Part shown: positions 20,801-28,842 of the stretch, one piece after another
Position numbering within the stretch: the stretch's first letter is position 1
Layout of the letters: each line of letters begins with the position of its first letter
Origin: Candidatus Obscuribacteraceae bacterium
GTDB lineage: Bacteria; Cyanobacteriota; Vampirovibrionia; Obscuribacterales; Obscuribacteraceae
Assembly (NCBI GenBank): GCA_044226015.1
Contig: JBGAHS010000011.1
Span: 96,001 to 160,000, forward strand
DNA: 64,000 bases
Reading direction: 5' to 3'
Notes under the pieces: model-generated
The model's input: the letters and a program-made list of their open reading frames with translations, nothing else
Database searches by the model: none
What the model was told of the DNA's origin: nothing
Position numbers and translations under genes: made by a program

Positions 20801-23800
20801 AGACTCCAGAAGAGAAAGCAGCAGTAGATTATTACAAAAACTGGCAAGAACTCTTCAAGTCAGCTCATTACACATATAAGGACCGCAAGGTTGATAGATT
20901 CGATTCGCTAATAAAAAATGGTGCTGACGGCTCATTTGCAAACGGAGAAATATTCAAACAAGGCGGTAACTGGTTTCAAAATAGAGGCGAACTTTTCAAT
21001 TCAATTGAGAAAGCGACCGACAAACAATTAAATCCATTCTTTGATGGTGCAACTATCAATGGTGACAAAATAGAATCTGGGGCATTGACGGATGCTCTGA
21101 AAGCAATTAAAGACAATGTTAACCGAAGTGCCAACTCCGAAGATTTGCAGAAGCTGCTTGCTGAAAAGGTCAAGTATGGTTTAGAGATAGGAAACGGCGT
21201 CGATAAGTTGATCAACTCTCCCACACTTGACCCCAAAGCTGTGAGTGAGCTGAAAGCTAAATTGCCCGCATTCAAAGATTTGCCCGACGAAAAGTTTTCT
21301 TCTATTTTAGAAGGCTACCGCCTTCAGAAAGGGATCAAAGAAGGCAAACAAAAGGAATCAGAGTTATCTACAGAACAGAAGAAGTCCCTGGCAGAATTTG
21401 CGGCGCTTGGAAAAGACAGCAATAAAGACCAACTTTTGCTGAAGGGATTTTTACAGGGTCGCGAAGTACAAAATAAACTTGACGCAATTTTGACAGATAA
21501 GTCACTTAGCGCCGGACAGCGTGATGCAGAATCGAACAAGTTCTTGAAAGAACTCAACGCGGAATCGAGAGATTCGCTAGATGCATTTCGACAGGTAAGA
21601 AACGAAGCAGTCCAATCCAATGTACGAAGATCAGTTGAACAAGCAATAAAGGATTCTGAAGGAAGAGCCGACCTGAAGTTCCAGGCGTTAAAAGATGCCA
21701 GCCCGGCGGAATTGCAAAGATTAGCCAATGACAAAGAATACAGAGCGAAAATTCTAGAACAATTCCGAAACCCAGAAACAGGACAAATAAACAAATCAGC
21801 AGAATATCTGCTAAATCTGCAAAGTCAGGGCAAACCGCTAACTCAATCGGAAAAATTTACTGTCGACTTACTTCAGAAAGCAGAAACAAGTTCAGGACGA
21901 CTTGACACAGCCGAAGCACTGAAGGTTTTGCAAACTCGTTTAAATGAAGATAAAGACGGAACCTTCGCAAAAGAGCTAGCTGCTAACGACAAAGCGATCA
22001 AGATACTAGACCAGAGCTCTGGAGGATACCTCGGCGGGCTGATCAAATCGAGCACAGAAAGAGGATATGTCACAGCCGCAGAATGGAAAGAAGCACAAAG
22101 CACTTTCAGCAAAGCGAAGGATCTCTTCACAGGTGGAAGAGACCTCGCAACAGATAGCCTTCTGGGTGCTAATCCTAAGTACTTAAAGCATCTTTCCGGC
22201 GAGCAAGGTAAGCAAGAGAGAGAACAATTGCTTTCATCGCTAGCGCCCGAAAGAAGGGCATTTTTCGAGCAGATAATCAAGCAAGGCGAGGTTAAGCCAG
22301 AAGACAAACTACGTGCGTTTCACCTGGGGCTGATTAAGCAAGAAGAAGCCATAAATCCATTCAAGGAACTTGATGCAGAACAGAGAGCAAAAGGCATACA
22401 AGACTATCACAGCAAATATGGTAGCAATGCCAAACAAGACCTTCTGGAAAAGGTCAATCATTCTGACAGAGCCCAAATAGATCTTCTTTTTACGGAAAAC
22501 AAGCTCGATGCAAATCAAGCACTCTTACGTTCGCGCGACCAGGTCGCCGACAGTGCGAACACATTTTTAGGGCGCATAGCACAACGATATGATGCATCAG
22601 CCAGCGAAAAGGTAAATGAGCTGGCAAAAGACATTAAAGACAATGGCGGAGAACTCTCGCAAGAAAAACTCGATGAGCATTTGAAACAGCTGGCGGAAAA
22701 ACTCAAAAACTTTGAAGAGCTGAAAGAACAAACCGCCGATCAGATTATTGAAACAGCAGTCACTATTGCTGCAGGTGCCGCGACACCGTTCACGGGCGGA
22801 GCTAGCTTGAGTCTTCTTACGCTATCAGCACGTGTCGGTTCTCTTGCTCTTAGAGGTGGCGCGTTTGCTACCTTTAGTAAAGCCGCCTTAACAGGAGACT
22901 ATGACCCGAGCAAACTTGCAGGCGATTTCGTTAAATATTCTGCGCTAACTGCAGGAAACGTGCTGGGAGCCGAAGGATTAGTCGCACTCAGTCGTTTGGG
23001 TGGACGAGTTGCAAGTTCGACCCTAGGAAAGACTTTTGAAGATGCAGGGCTTGCTGCCCTCAAGTCACCACAGGTCGAAGAGGCACTAAAAAAAGGATTG
23101 GGCAAACTTATCGAAGAAGGAGCCACTACGGGCGGAGTCAAAGATCTTGCCGTCAAGAACCTTGTCAAATCAATCGAAGGACTCAGCCCTTCCGCACAAG
23201 ATGCACTAGCAGCGGGTATTATAAAGAACCTGAGCCCCGCTATTAGAGAAGTAGCTAGTGACTCACTCAAAGGAATACTTATCAACACGGGCCGCGCCGG
23301 AAGAACTGCAGCTCTTGATGGTGCAGGAGCATACGTAGGAGATGTCGGCGGTGAACTTGTCAGACAAGCAGTCGAAAAGGGACATCTGGACATATCTGCA
23401 GCACTTGAAAATGGAGTGAAAACATTTGTCCTTGCCGGCGGTATCAGATCTGGAATTGAAGCATTCAAGGCTGGTCGAGGAATCGTTAAAGGCACAGATG
23501 GTGAAACTCTAGCAAGACCAAAATCGGAACGCAGCGAACCCGCAACAAGAGAAAAGGCTCCAGAACTTTCAAAAGACAAAGTCAACATAGCCGAGAGAGA
23601 AACAGTTCCAAGGGAATGGCCCGATCGATTGAAAGCGGATAAGCCACTGCCTCCGGTGCCAGAAGGACATGTCAGACTTTACCGCGGTGTGCATGACACA
23701 AAAGGATTGGCGAAGGAATTTAGTCCGAACGCCACTCCAAAAGAACGGCAACGCTGGTGGGATCTCACAAAGGACCTTTCAGGTAGACCAGGCGATTTTG

Positions 23801-26800
23801 AAAAACTTCCGGCAGCAATCCAGAAAGAACTAAAAGAGCTCTTGCCCAAAATAAACTCGCCCGATATCAAATTCTATACGGATGATATCAAGACAGCACA
23901 AAAGTATGCAGGCAAGGATGGTCATGTCTTGTACGTGGACATTCCAAAGGCAGATCAGTTCAAGTACAGAAAGGAGAACCACGGTCTGGCGGCAGCAGGT
24001 TCAGCTGGAGAAACATTCCAAATTCCGGCAACAATACACACCGAAAAGGCTGGTCGCCTCCCACGAGAGAAAGATTCCACGTTAGGCACTTCAAGAAATG
24101 CAGAAGCAAATCCAAAAGAGATCGAAGCTGCGCCTGTGCGACAATACGACCGCCAGAACCCACCCCGGTTGGTAAAAGAGAATGAATTCAGTCAGGTAGA
24201 AAAAGTACCAGCTCAGGATAAACCACCTCGAGTTAGCAAAGAAACAATAGAGAAACCAATCGCTCAAAGAAATTTTTACCAATTCAGAGGGCAAGATGGT
24301 CAAACGTTTGACGTTGTCAGACCACTTGCAGCGGGTGACGAAGTCAAACTGGGACGGAAACATGGCATAAATGCAAGAGCCGAAGATGGAGTCTCTGGCG
24401 ATCATGCCGTCTTACGACGAACCGAAAAAGGTGAGCTTTTCATTCAAGATCTTGATTCAAAAAACGGCATCACAATTCAGAGAAAAGATGGCTCAGTAGA
24501 AAAATATGGCAGGCATCAGCCAGAGGGTGAGTTTAAGGGCGCATGGCTAAGAGAAGGAGATCAGGTCTGGTTAGGAAATCACTACCTTGCAATCGATCAC
24601 AGTTTAGCAAGCAAAGGTCTGAAAGAACTCAATCTAGGAGTGTTTGGAAAAGTCAGCGAACAAAACCCCATTAAGATTGGAAAAGATAACTATCCATCAT
24701 TGACGGATAGCCAACATGCAATTGTTGGTAAAGACTCTCGCGGAGTGTACATAATTGACACATCCAAGAATGGCACGTTTGTTCGTAACCAGGGTTCAAA
24801 CGAATTCAAGCAATTACCAGGTGAACAAAAATACTATCTAAAACAAGGCGATGAAATTGAATTCAAAAATGCTAATGGCCACAAGTCAACACTAGATACC
24901 CAAAGCCGCGGCAAAGAAATAGATGGTATTTTCGTTGAGTCCTTTAACGGACCTCAAAAGCTTACCTTCCCTGATGGTCGAATAGCTGAAAGGGGAGAAA
25001 AAGGTTGGCGAGAATCAGTACCTCCAGGACATCCAGACGCAGAAAAGGTAAGAAGATTCAATGAAAGCAACGGCTATTATAAAATAACTAGTGATGGCAG
25101 AATAGAGCGCCACGGACCAAGCCATGTTGAGACTTTTGGCTTAAGAGATGGACTTCCAGAGGTCGTAAATACACGCCCCTCAGATCACGTGTTCAAAATC
25201 GAGGGAGCACGAAATAAAGAACTAATTGAAGCATACAAAAGATCATATCTGGACCTTCCGGAATCAGTTCGTGATCTCTTAGCAAAAAACAAGCAAGAGC
25301 TAGTGATCGGAAAAAGGCTCAGCGATATCGAACCAAATCTGCGTGAGGCAAAATTACCGAAAGGAGCATCTCTTGATCAACTGGAAGGAGTTTACTCCAA
25401 CAACAAGGTATATCTTGCAGAACAATACAAAATCAAGGGTCAACAAGTACATGTTGATGTAACGGACGCTCCCGGAACACTCAGGCATGAAGTAGGACAT
25501 TCACTCAACAAGGTACTTGCAGACTCTCCAAATGGACGCTTCTCGGAATCAGAGGCATTTCGCCGTGCGTACGAAAGAGATTTGCAAGAGCATTTCAACA
25601 AGCTTTCTAGAACTGAGCAAGCAAAACTTGAGTATTTAATTCAAGCCAACAAAGGAAATATCGGACAGACACTGGACAATCTTCTCAATAGAGTAAAAGC
25701 AGGCTCTGAAGCTGGTCGAAGTGAAGCATTTGCCGAACTATTTGCCACTATTCATGGTGGCGGTGCACTTAAGTCACAGGAAAGGGATATATTGAGAGCG
25801 TTTCCTAACACAAAACGATTAATAGAAGAGAAACTAGCTAGTCTTGAAAGAAACACAAAAAGCCACACAGACGCGGCACCATTGTATAGCGCACAAAAGT
25901 TTGAAGGCGCGCCAAATCCCAGACCTAATGAATTGAACCCAGAGCACTGGTATGAGCACAATAGAAAAACATACGAGACTCCTAATGGATATAAGATAGC
26001 AGCTCTCACCGATGAAGTGAGAAACTATGGAACTGCTGAGAGACCAAGATGGCAGGAACTCTATGCTCGAAAAATAGAAATCCCAGGATTGGACAAACCA
26101 GTCATCCTGAAGTCTCCCATCGGACAAAGCTGGGCATACAATTCAACTAGTATTCTTGCGATTGATGGTCAGAATGCAATACAACGGGAATTACAACGAA
26201 AATATGGTCAGCAACTCAGCCAACTAGACCAGGCAGCCTATAACAAAGCCTGGCAGAGTGAATTGCAAAAGCTTGACCCGAGCATACAAAGAGCTATAGA
26301 CCAACTCGACCGCGCCTCTAAATCGCCTGTGAAAATTCATGTTACAGTGGACGGACCTGCTGATCTTGGACGAGTCCAACAAGTCTTATTGAAGGAACTA
26401 GAAAAGCCAGGTTCAAGACTCAATGACCTGGTTAAAGTTTATAAGACCCACGATCCTGTGCATGGTGTCTCCCTTCACGACGGAGTTGGAGGTTTACCCG
26501 CACCTCATGGACAAAACGCAAAAGGCTTCACTCTTTATCCAGATAATCCAGCGCTTGCAAAGCAAATAGCTGAAGAGGTTGACAGAGTTCTCCTTGAGCA
26601 TGGTTTAGGATTGAAAAAGCCAATTGCTACCGGAAATGTTGACCAAATACATGGTGCGGGTAATAGAGTTGGTATTTTGAAAGACAAGTTCGATGCAATT
26701 GTTAGTAGAGGTGTGACTGCCGCAAAGTTAGAAGACAACCTGCTTGCAGCAATCTACAAAGAGTTCAAAGTGCCTCCCAGTGGTAGACTCGCCGATCAAC

Positions 26801-27069
26801 AGCTACGTTTCATTGAAAAGGATTTGAACCTTGCTCCAAATACACTCAATTATTACGACGGGGTATTAGGCCTTCAAACGAAGAGCAAGAGCTCAAATAT
26901 TCAGGGAAAGAACGACCAGGGAATTACTCAAATATACTTGGATGAAAGCAGCGCAGGTAAAGGTGTTGGTTCTGAAGCCAACAGAAAGTCACCACATGAG
27001 CCCTATTTGACAGACAGACCGGCTTACTTTAGGCTAGCGAAACGATTTGGAATAGTTCCTGGATTTTGA
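17839..27069 (+). CDS. Giant (3076 aa) multidomain toxin/effector-like protein
   Basis: Charged N-terminal repeats, YD/RHS-like beta segments, annexin-like repeats, Gly/Ala hydrophobic helices (TPFTGGASL), an ART-like RLYRG domain, two FHA domains, a HEVGH metalloprotease and a KIHV...FTLYP C-terminal domain. Confidence 0.8.
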   Translation: MSAEEQEKKPETANENQESQIEPQKDTSAAVWNQSEFKDVPNETANKELKPLSSEHLSKLQGQSATVSLSDDGKNVAQNKVGLNAASKEEKNGASDSKDGSSKSVDSKDQNNRLKEPHDKNTASDSKDGSNKSVDSKDQNNRLKDPHDKNTASDSKDGSNKSVDSKDPNNKKDPQDKNTASDSKDLNLQKALQLVDPSNELKHTIHVLETFQKEHLTGGPQDAKTRNLLEPIGIGTENQALSKTDDKAGASTTEKDGAHPTESGKSKDKSGPEKPLVKPDQKAKDAQSKAETSEESKPPSKAADSKAENKSHKVDLDKDGNLSKVQLLQDKSTWTKVKDDLFVKDGTNPPKYGAFELKKDGTLVQDEFNAKGQRISNTIHLTDGSSVKNDAKGTELRTAGGDKIRWEGRGKGEQSLSVNGQEYKSTDGGKTFIDSKGERIKAELKENGTFKREFIDREPKSSELLSLSGEKFKLNEKGAVTEATVKGINYKFDENQRVTESTNNGITTKFNYEGKSQVPKSLEVNGQKFEVSRSEKGISIVGKAADSDKLAKVNEDLHPAFKSAALVLKDEQGRTQSIQRSNGEKIEFGYAESGNKLTSIRTSKDGKTEELKTQDGIKWEGRDSSGNSKTWEGIKYVDEHGKLTEAKIVKGEDGRSRIESQITNPAGKVETRSVDLDIKLKEIKEITSGSLRGPNGGDKVDKFVASLKDLSGPEIQLLNKAYNPENPNALKQDLQEKIKELPSKEKSYQWAEIQGHLSRTGQAGELDAIKLVSDAAKANDRYFNGSPDSIAQTTRQTLLGQTEQQRINTDEALKRLYGPDHGLSTFYDSGPGKTIAKADEFTKAVTDLASKKGAELRTPEEQSKLAKLALQGPNAIENFRQATAPDAFSKEAREHFAKSGGLELIENGARRTDGTRTAFTSLQKQELKDLARDGKESPETQFAKGVGLLTSNAEEALKDAVTRVANDPEKRAKYLNGEELAKSGKEAKTPEEKAAVDYYKNWQELFKSAHYTYKDRKVDRFDSLIKNGADGSFANGEIFKQGGNWFQNRGELFNSIEKATDKQLNPFFDGATINGDKIESGALTDALKAIKDNVNRSANSEDLQKLLAEKVKYGLEIGNGVDKLINSPTLDPKAVSELKAKLPAFKDLPDEKFSSILEGYRLQKGIKEGKQKESELSTEQKKSLAEFAALGKDSNKDQLLLKGFLQGREVQNKLDAILTDKSLSAGQRDAESNKFLKELNAESRDSLDAFRQVRNEAVQSNVRRSVEQAIKDSEGRADLKFQALKDASPAELQRLANDKEYRAKILEQFRNPETGQINKSAEYLLNLQSQGKPLTQSEKFTVDLLQKAETSSGRLDTAEALKVLQTRLNEDKDGTFAKELAANDKAIKILDQSSGGYLGGLIKSSTERGYVTAAEWKEAQSTFSKAKDLFTGGRDLATDSLLGANPKYLKHLSGEQGKQEREQLLSSLAPERRAFFEQIIKQGEVKPEDKLRAFHLGLIKQEEAINPFKELDAEQRAKGIQDYHSKYGSNAKQDLLEKVNHSDRAQIDLLFTENKLDANQALLRSRDQVADSANTFLGRIAQRYDASASEKVNELAKDIKDNGGELSQEKLDEHLKQLAEKLKNFEELKEQTADQIIETAVTIAAGAATPFTGGASLSLLTLSARVGSLALRGGAFATFSKAALTGDYDPSKLAGDFVKYSALTAGNVLGAEGLVALSRLGGRVASSTLGKTFEDAGLAALKSPQVEEALKKGLGKLIEEGATTGGVKDLAVKNLVKSIEGLSPSAQDALAAGIIKNLSPAIREVASDSLKGILINTGRAGRTAALDGAGAYVGDVGGELVRQAVEKGHLDISAALENGVKTFVLAGGIRSGIEAFKAGRGIVKGTDGETLARPKSERSEPATREKAPELSKDKVNIAERETVPREWPDRLKADKPLPPVPEGHVRLYRGVHDTKGLAKEFSPNATPKERQRWWDLTKDLSGRPGDFEKLPAAIQKELKELLPKINSPDIKFYTDDIKTAQKYAGKDGHVLYVDIPKADQFKYRKENHGLAAAGSAGETFQIPATIHTEKAGRLPREKDSTLGTSRNAEANPKEIEAAPVRQYDRQNPPRLVKENEFSQVEKVPAQDKPPRVSKETIEKPIAQRNFYQFRGQDGQTFDVVRPLAAGDEVKLGRKHGINARAEDGVSGDHAVLRRTEKGELFIQDLDSKNGITIQRKDGSVEKYGRHQPEGEFKGAWLREGDQVWLGNHYLAIDHSLASKGLKELNLGVFGKVSEQNPIKIGKDNYPSLTDSQHAIVGKDSRGVYIIDTSKNGTFVRNQGSNEFKQLPGEQKYYLKQGDEIEFKNANGHKSTLDTQSRGKEIDGIFVESFNGPQKLTFPDGRIAERGEKGWRESVPPGHPDAEKVRRFNESNGYYKITSDGRIERHGPSHVETFGLRDGLPEVVNTRPSDHVFKIEGARNKELIEAYKRSYLDLPESVRDLLAKNKQELVIGKRLSDIEPNLREAKLPKGASLDQLEGVYSNNKVYLAEQYKIKGQQVHVDVTDAPGTLRHEVGHSLNKVLADSPNGRFSESEAFRRAYERDLQEHFNKLSRTEQAKLEYLIQANKGNIGQTLDNLLNRVKAGSEAGRSEAFAELFATIHGGGALKSQERDILRAFPNTKRLIEEKLASLERNTKSHTDAAPLYSAQKFEGAPNPRPNELNPEHWYEHNRKTYETPNGYKIAALTDEVRNYGTAERPRWQELYARKIEIPGLDKPVILKSPIGQSWAYNSTSILAIDGQNAIQRELQRKYGQQLSQLDQAAYNKAWQSELQKLDPSIQRAIDQLDRASKSPVKIHVTVDGPADLGRVQQVLLKELEKPGSRLNDLVKVYKTHDPVHGVSLHDGVGGLPAPHGQNAKGFTLYPDNPALAKQIAEEVDRVLLEHGLGLKKPIATGNVDQIHGAGNRVGILKDKFDAIVSRGVTAAKLEDNLLAAIYKEFKVPPSGRLADQQLRFIEKDLNLAPNTLNYYDGVLGLQTKSKSSNIQGKNDQGITQIYLDESSAGKGVGSEANRKSPHEPYLTDRPAYFRLAKRFGIVPGF
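18121..18393 (+). repeat. In-frame tandem repeat, 87-bp (29-aa) unit, about 3.2 copies
   Basis: Units begin TCCGATTCAAAAGA at 18121, 18208, 18295 and 18379 (the third unit is 84 bp). They encode approximately SDSKDGSNKSVDSKDQNNRLKDPHDKNTA. Confidence 0.95.
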
Positions 27070-27443
27070 GGATCATAATAGTGGAGAGAGAGTTCTTTTC
27101 TTCGATGTACGCTCAAACAGACTTGCTTGAATTAGCAAACAACTCTGCAGGAGCGGTTTTTGCCATTGAGTATTTTCTCAATGAACTCGATACGGAATTC
27201 TGCACCTTTCCAATTTTCCGTAACATCAATTTTCATGTGCTCAGCCGATTCGAAGTACATGGCAAACATTATCTCATAATTGAAAAGCCTCCTGGTTCAA
27301 GTGCCTTTGAGGATGACATCGATTACACTTCAACTTACGTCTTACAGATAGTTGAAAAAAATAGGGTTCAATCAATAAGCTCGGAAGAGCTTTCGCAAAT
27401 CATGCCTGAGGTTAAGAATGAAATTAGTCGCGTTGAGGGCTAA
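27066..27443 (+). CDS. Hypothetical protein, candidate immunity or accessory protein of the giant toxin
   Basis: The TTG start overlaps the toxin stop (alternative ATG at 27105). Small and acidic. Confidence 0.55.
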   Translation: MRIIIVEREFFSSMYAQTDLLELANNSAGAVFAIEYFLNELDTEFCTFPIFRNINFHVLSRFEVHGKHYLIIEKPPGSSAFEDDIDYTSTYVLQIVEKNRVQSISSEELSQIMPEVKNEISRVEG

Positions 27444-27447
27444 TAAA

Positions 27448-27696
27448 ATGACTGAGCAAAATAGCCTGACCAATGAGCAAAACTACGAAGCAAGAGTTTG
27501 GAGGGCAGATGACGGCAATCTTGTACTGGAAATACAGATTGAACATGTGAGACCAGGCAGCAGAAAGTATCTCTGCTATAAAGAAGACCATCCTACGGCA
27601 CAAAAAATCATGTCACTTACAGGTCCTATCGATTCAGTCGATGAAATCAAATATCTTAGCGGAAACGAACTCGAAACTATCTTCAGCACGAAATAA
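27448..27696 (+). CDS. Hypothetical protein, candidate immunity or accessory protein
   Basis: ATG 4 bp after the previous stop; 82 aa, MTEQNS...IFSTK. Confidence 0.55.
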   Translation: MTEQNSLTNEQNYEARVWRADDGNLVLEIQIEHVRPGSRKYLCYKEDHPTAQKIMSLTGPIDSVDEIKYLSGNELETIFSTK

Positions 27697-27811
27697 CTTG
27701 TTGTACCAAGCTTTTCCGAGTATAAATTCAGGCAGTGTTAGAGAACATAAAACCCGCTTACGTTGACAGGCGGGTACAATAGTGCAGTGGTTCACTAGAA
27801 ACGGAGTGCCG

Positions 27812-28024
27812 ATGGCAGAACATGAACTCGAAAAGGCATTTGGAACTTTAGCAGATGCACTCACCCTCACCGAGACAGAACTTGGCGAGGAAATCAATGT
27901 AATTCAACAACAACTCGACCAACTCAAAGAGCGAATCATTGAACTCAACGTCAGGCAACAAACAATAAGCAGTGACAGAGAATCGATTTCGCAAATGTAT
28001 AGACGCTATAGCGGTGGAGAATAA
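27812..28024 (+). CDS. Small coiled-coil protein
   Basis: GGAG RBS before ATG 27812; heptad pattern EINVIQQQLDQLKERIIELN. Confidence 0.65.
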   Translation: MAEHELEKAFGTLADALTLTETELGEEINVIQQQLDQLKERIIELNVRQQTISSDRESISQMYRRYSGGE

Positions 28025-28181
28025 TCAAGTTCATATGGTTTCTGGGTATTCGGTATTGACACTGCCATTTTCTGTTTTCCGAACCCAGAGCCGGTTCTTG
28101 AACTTACCATAGCCTAAAGGTAAGAATCATCTTCAGTGGACAGAACCAACGATGATCTAAGCGAATGCTGGAGATTCCAAC

Positions 28182-28841
28182 GTGACTGAAAACATCGAGC
28201 AAATAAGAGTACTCATAGTTGACGATCACAAACTCACGCGAATTGGAATAAAGCGAGTCCTTGAGCTCGGCGAAGACTTTGTTGTACTGGGCGAAGCTGA
28301 CGATGGCGAAAAGGCTTTGTCCTTTGTTGAAGAAAATACTCCAGACGTGATTTTGATGGATGTCGCAATGCCAGAGATGGACGGCATCGAAGCAGCCAGG
28401 CAACTAAAAAAAACACATCCTCAAGTTCACATCATCATGCTCACGTCTACCGATAACGAGAGTCACATATTTGCATCTCTGGCTGCAGGTGCCGTGGGAT
28501 ATTGCTTAAAAGATATCGACCCAGATAGGTTATGCGCAACAATCAAAAGCGTTTGTCAGGGAGAACTGTGGCTTGATGCCACCATCGCCGGCAAAGTTCT
28601 AAACCAATATTCAAAGGGCAATGCTCCAGTCAAAAGCGAACCCGAAAGTGAATCGCTTTCACCTAGAGAGCTTGAAGTACTTGCACTTCTTGTTGAAGGA
28701 CTTTCGAACAGATCAATAGCCAGCAGGCTTTCTATATCACTCTCTACTGTAAAAACACACGTGGCAAACATACTTACAAAATTAGCTGTTGATGATCGTA
28801 CCAATGCCGCTGTCAAAGCTATGCGAGAGGGATTGATCTAA
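28182..28841 (+). CDS. NarL/LuxR-family response regulator
   Basis: VLIVDDH, PDVILMDVAMP (phospho-Asp), GYCLK and LuxR HTH LSPRELEVL...TVKTHVANILTKL. Confidence 0.95.
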   Translation: MTENIEQIRVLIVDDHKLTRIGIKRVLELGEDFVVLGEADDGEKALSFVEENTPDVILMDVAMPEMDGIEAARQLKKTHPQVHIIMLTSTDNESHIFASLAAGAVGYCLKDIDPDRLCATIKSVCQGELWLDATIAGKVLNQYSKGNAPVKSEPESESLSPRELEVLALLVEGLSNRSIASRLSISLSTVKTHVANILTKLAVDDRTNAAVKAMREGLI

Positions 28842-28842
28842 A

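Noticed and set aside
17937..26738. Minus-strand ORFs inside the 3076-aa gene (for example 22899-23588)
   Set aside because: They are antisense to a long gene with recognisable domains, and their Ser/Phe/Leu-rich composition is typical of shadow ORFs.
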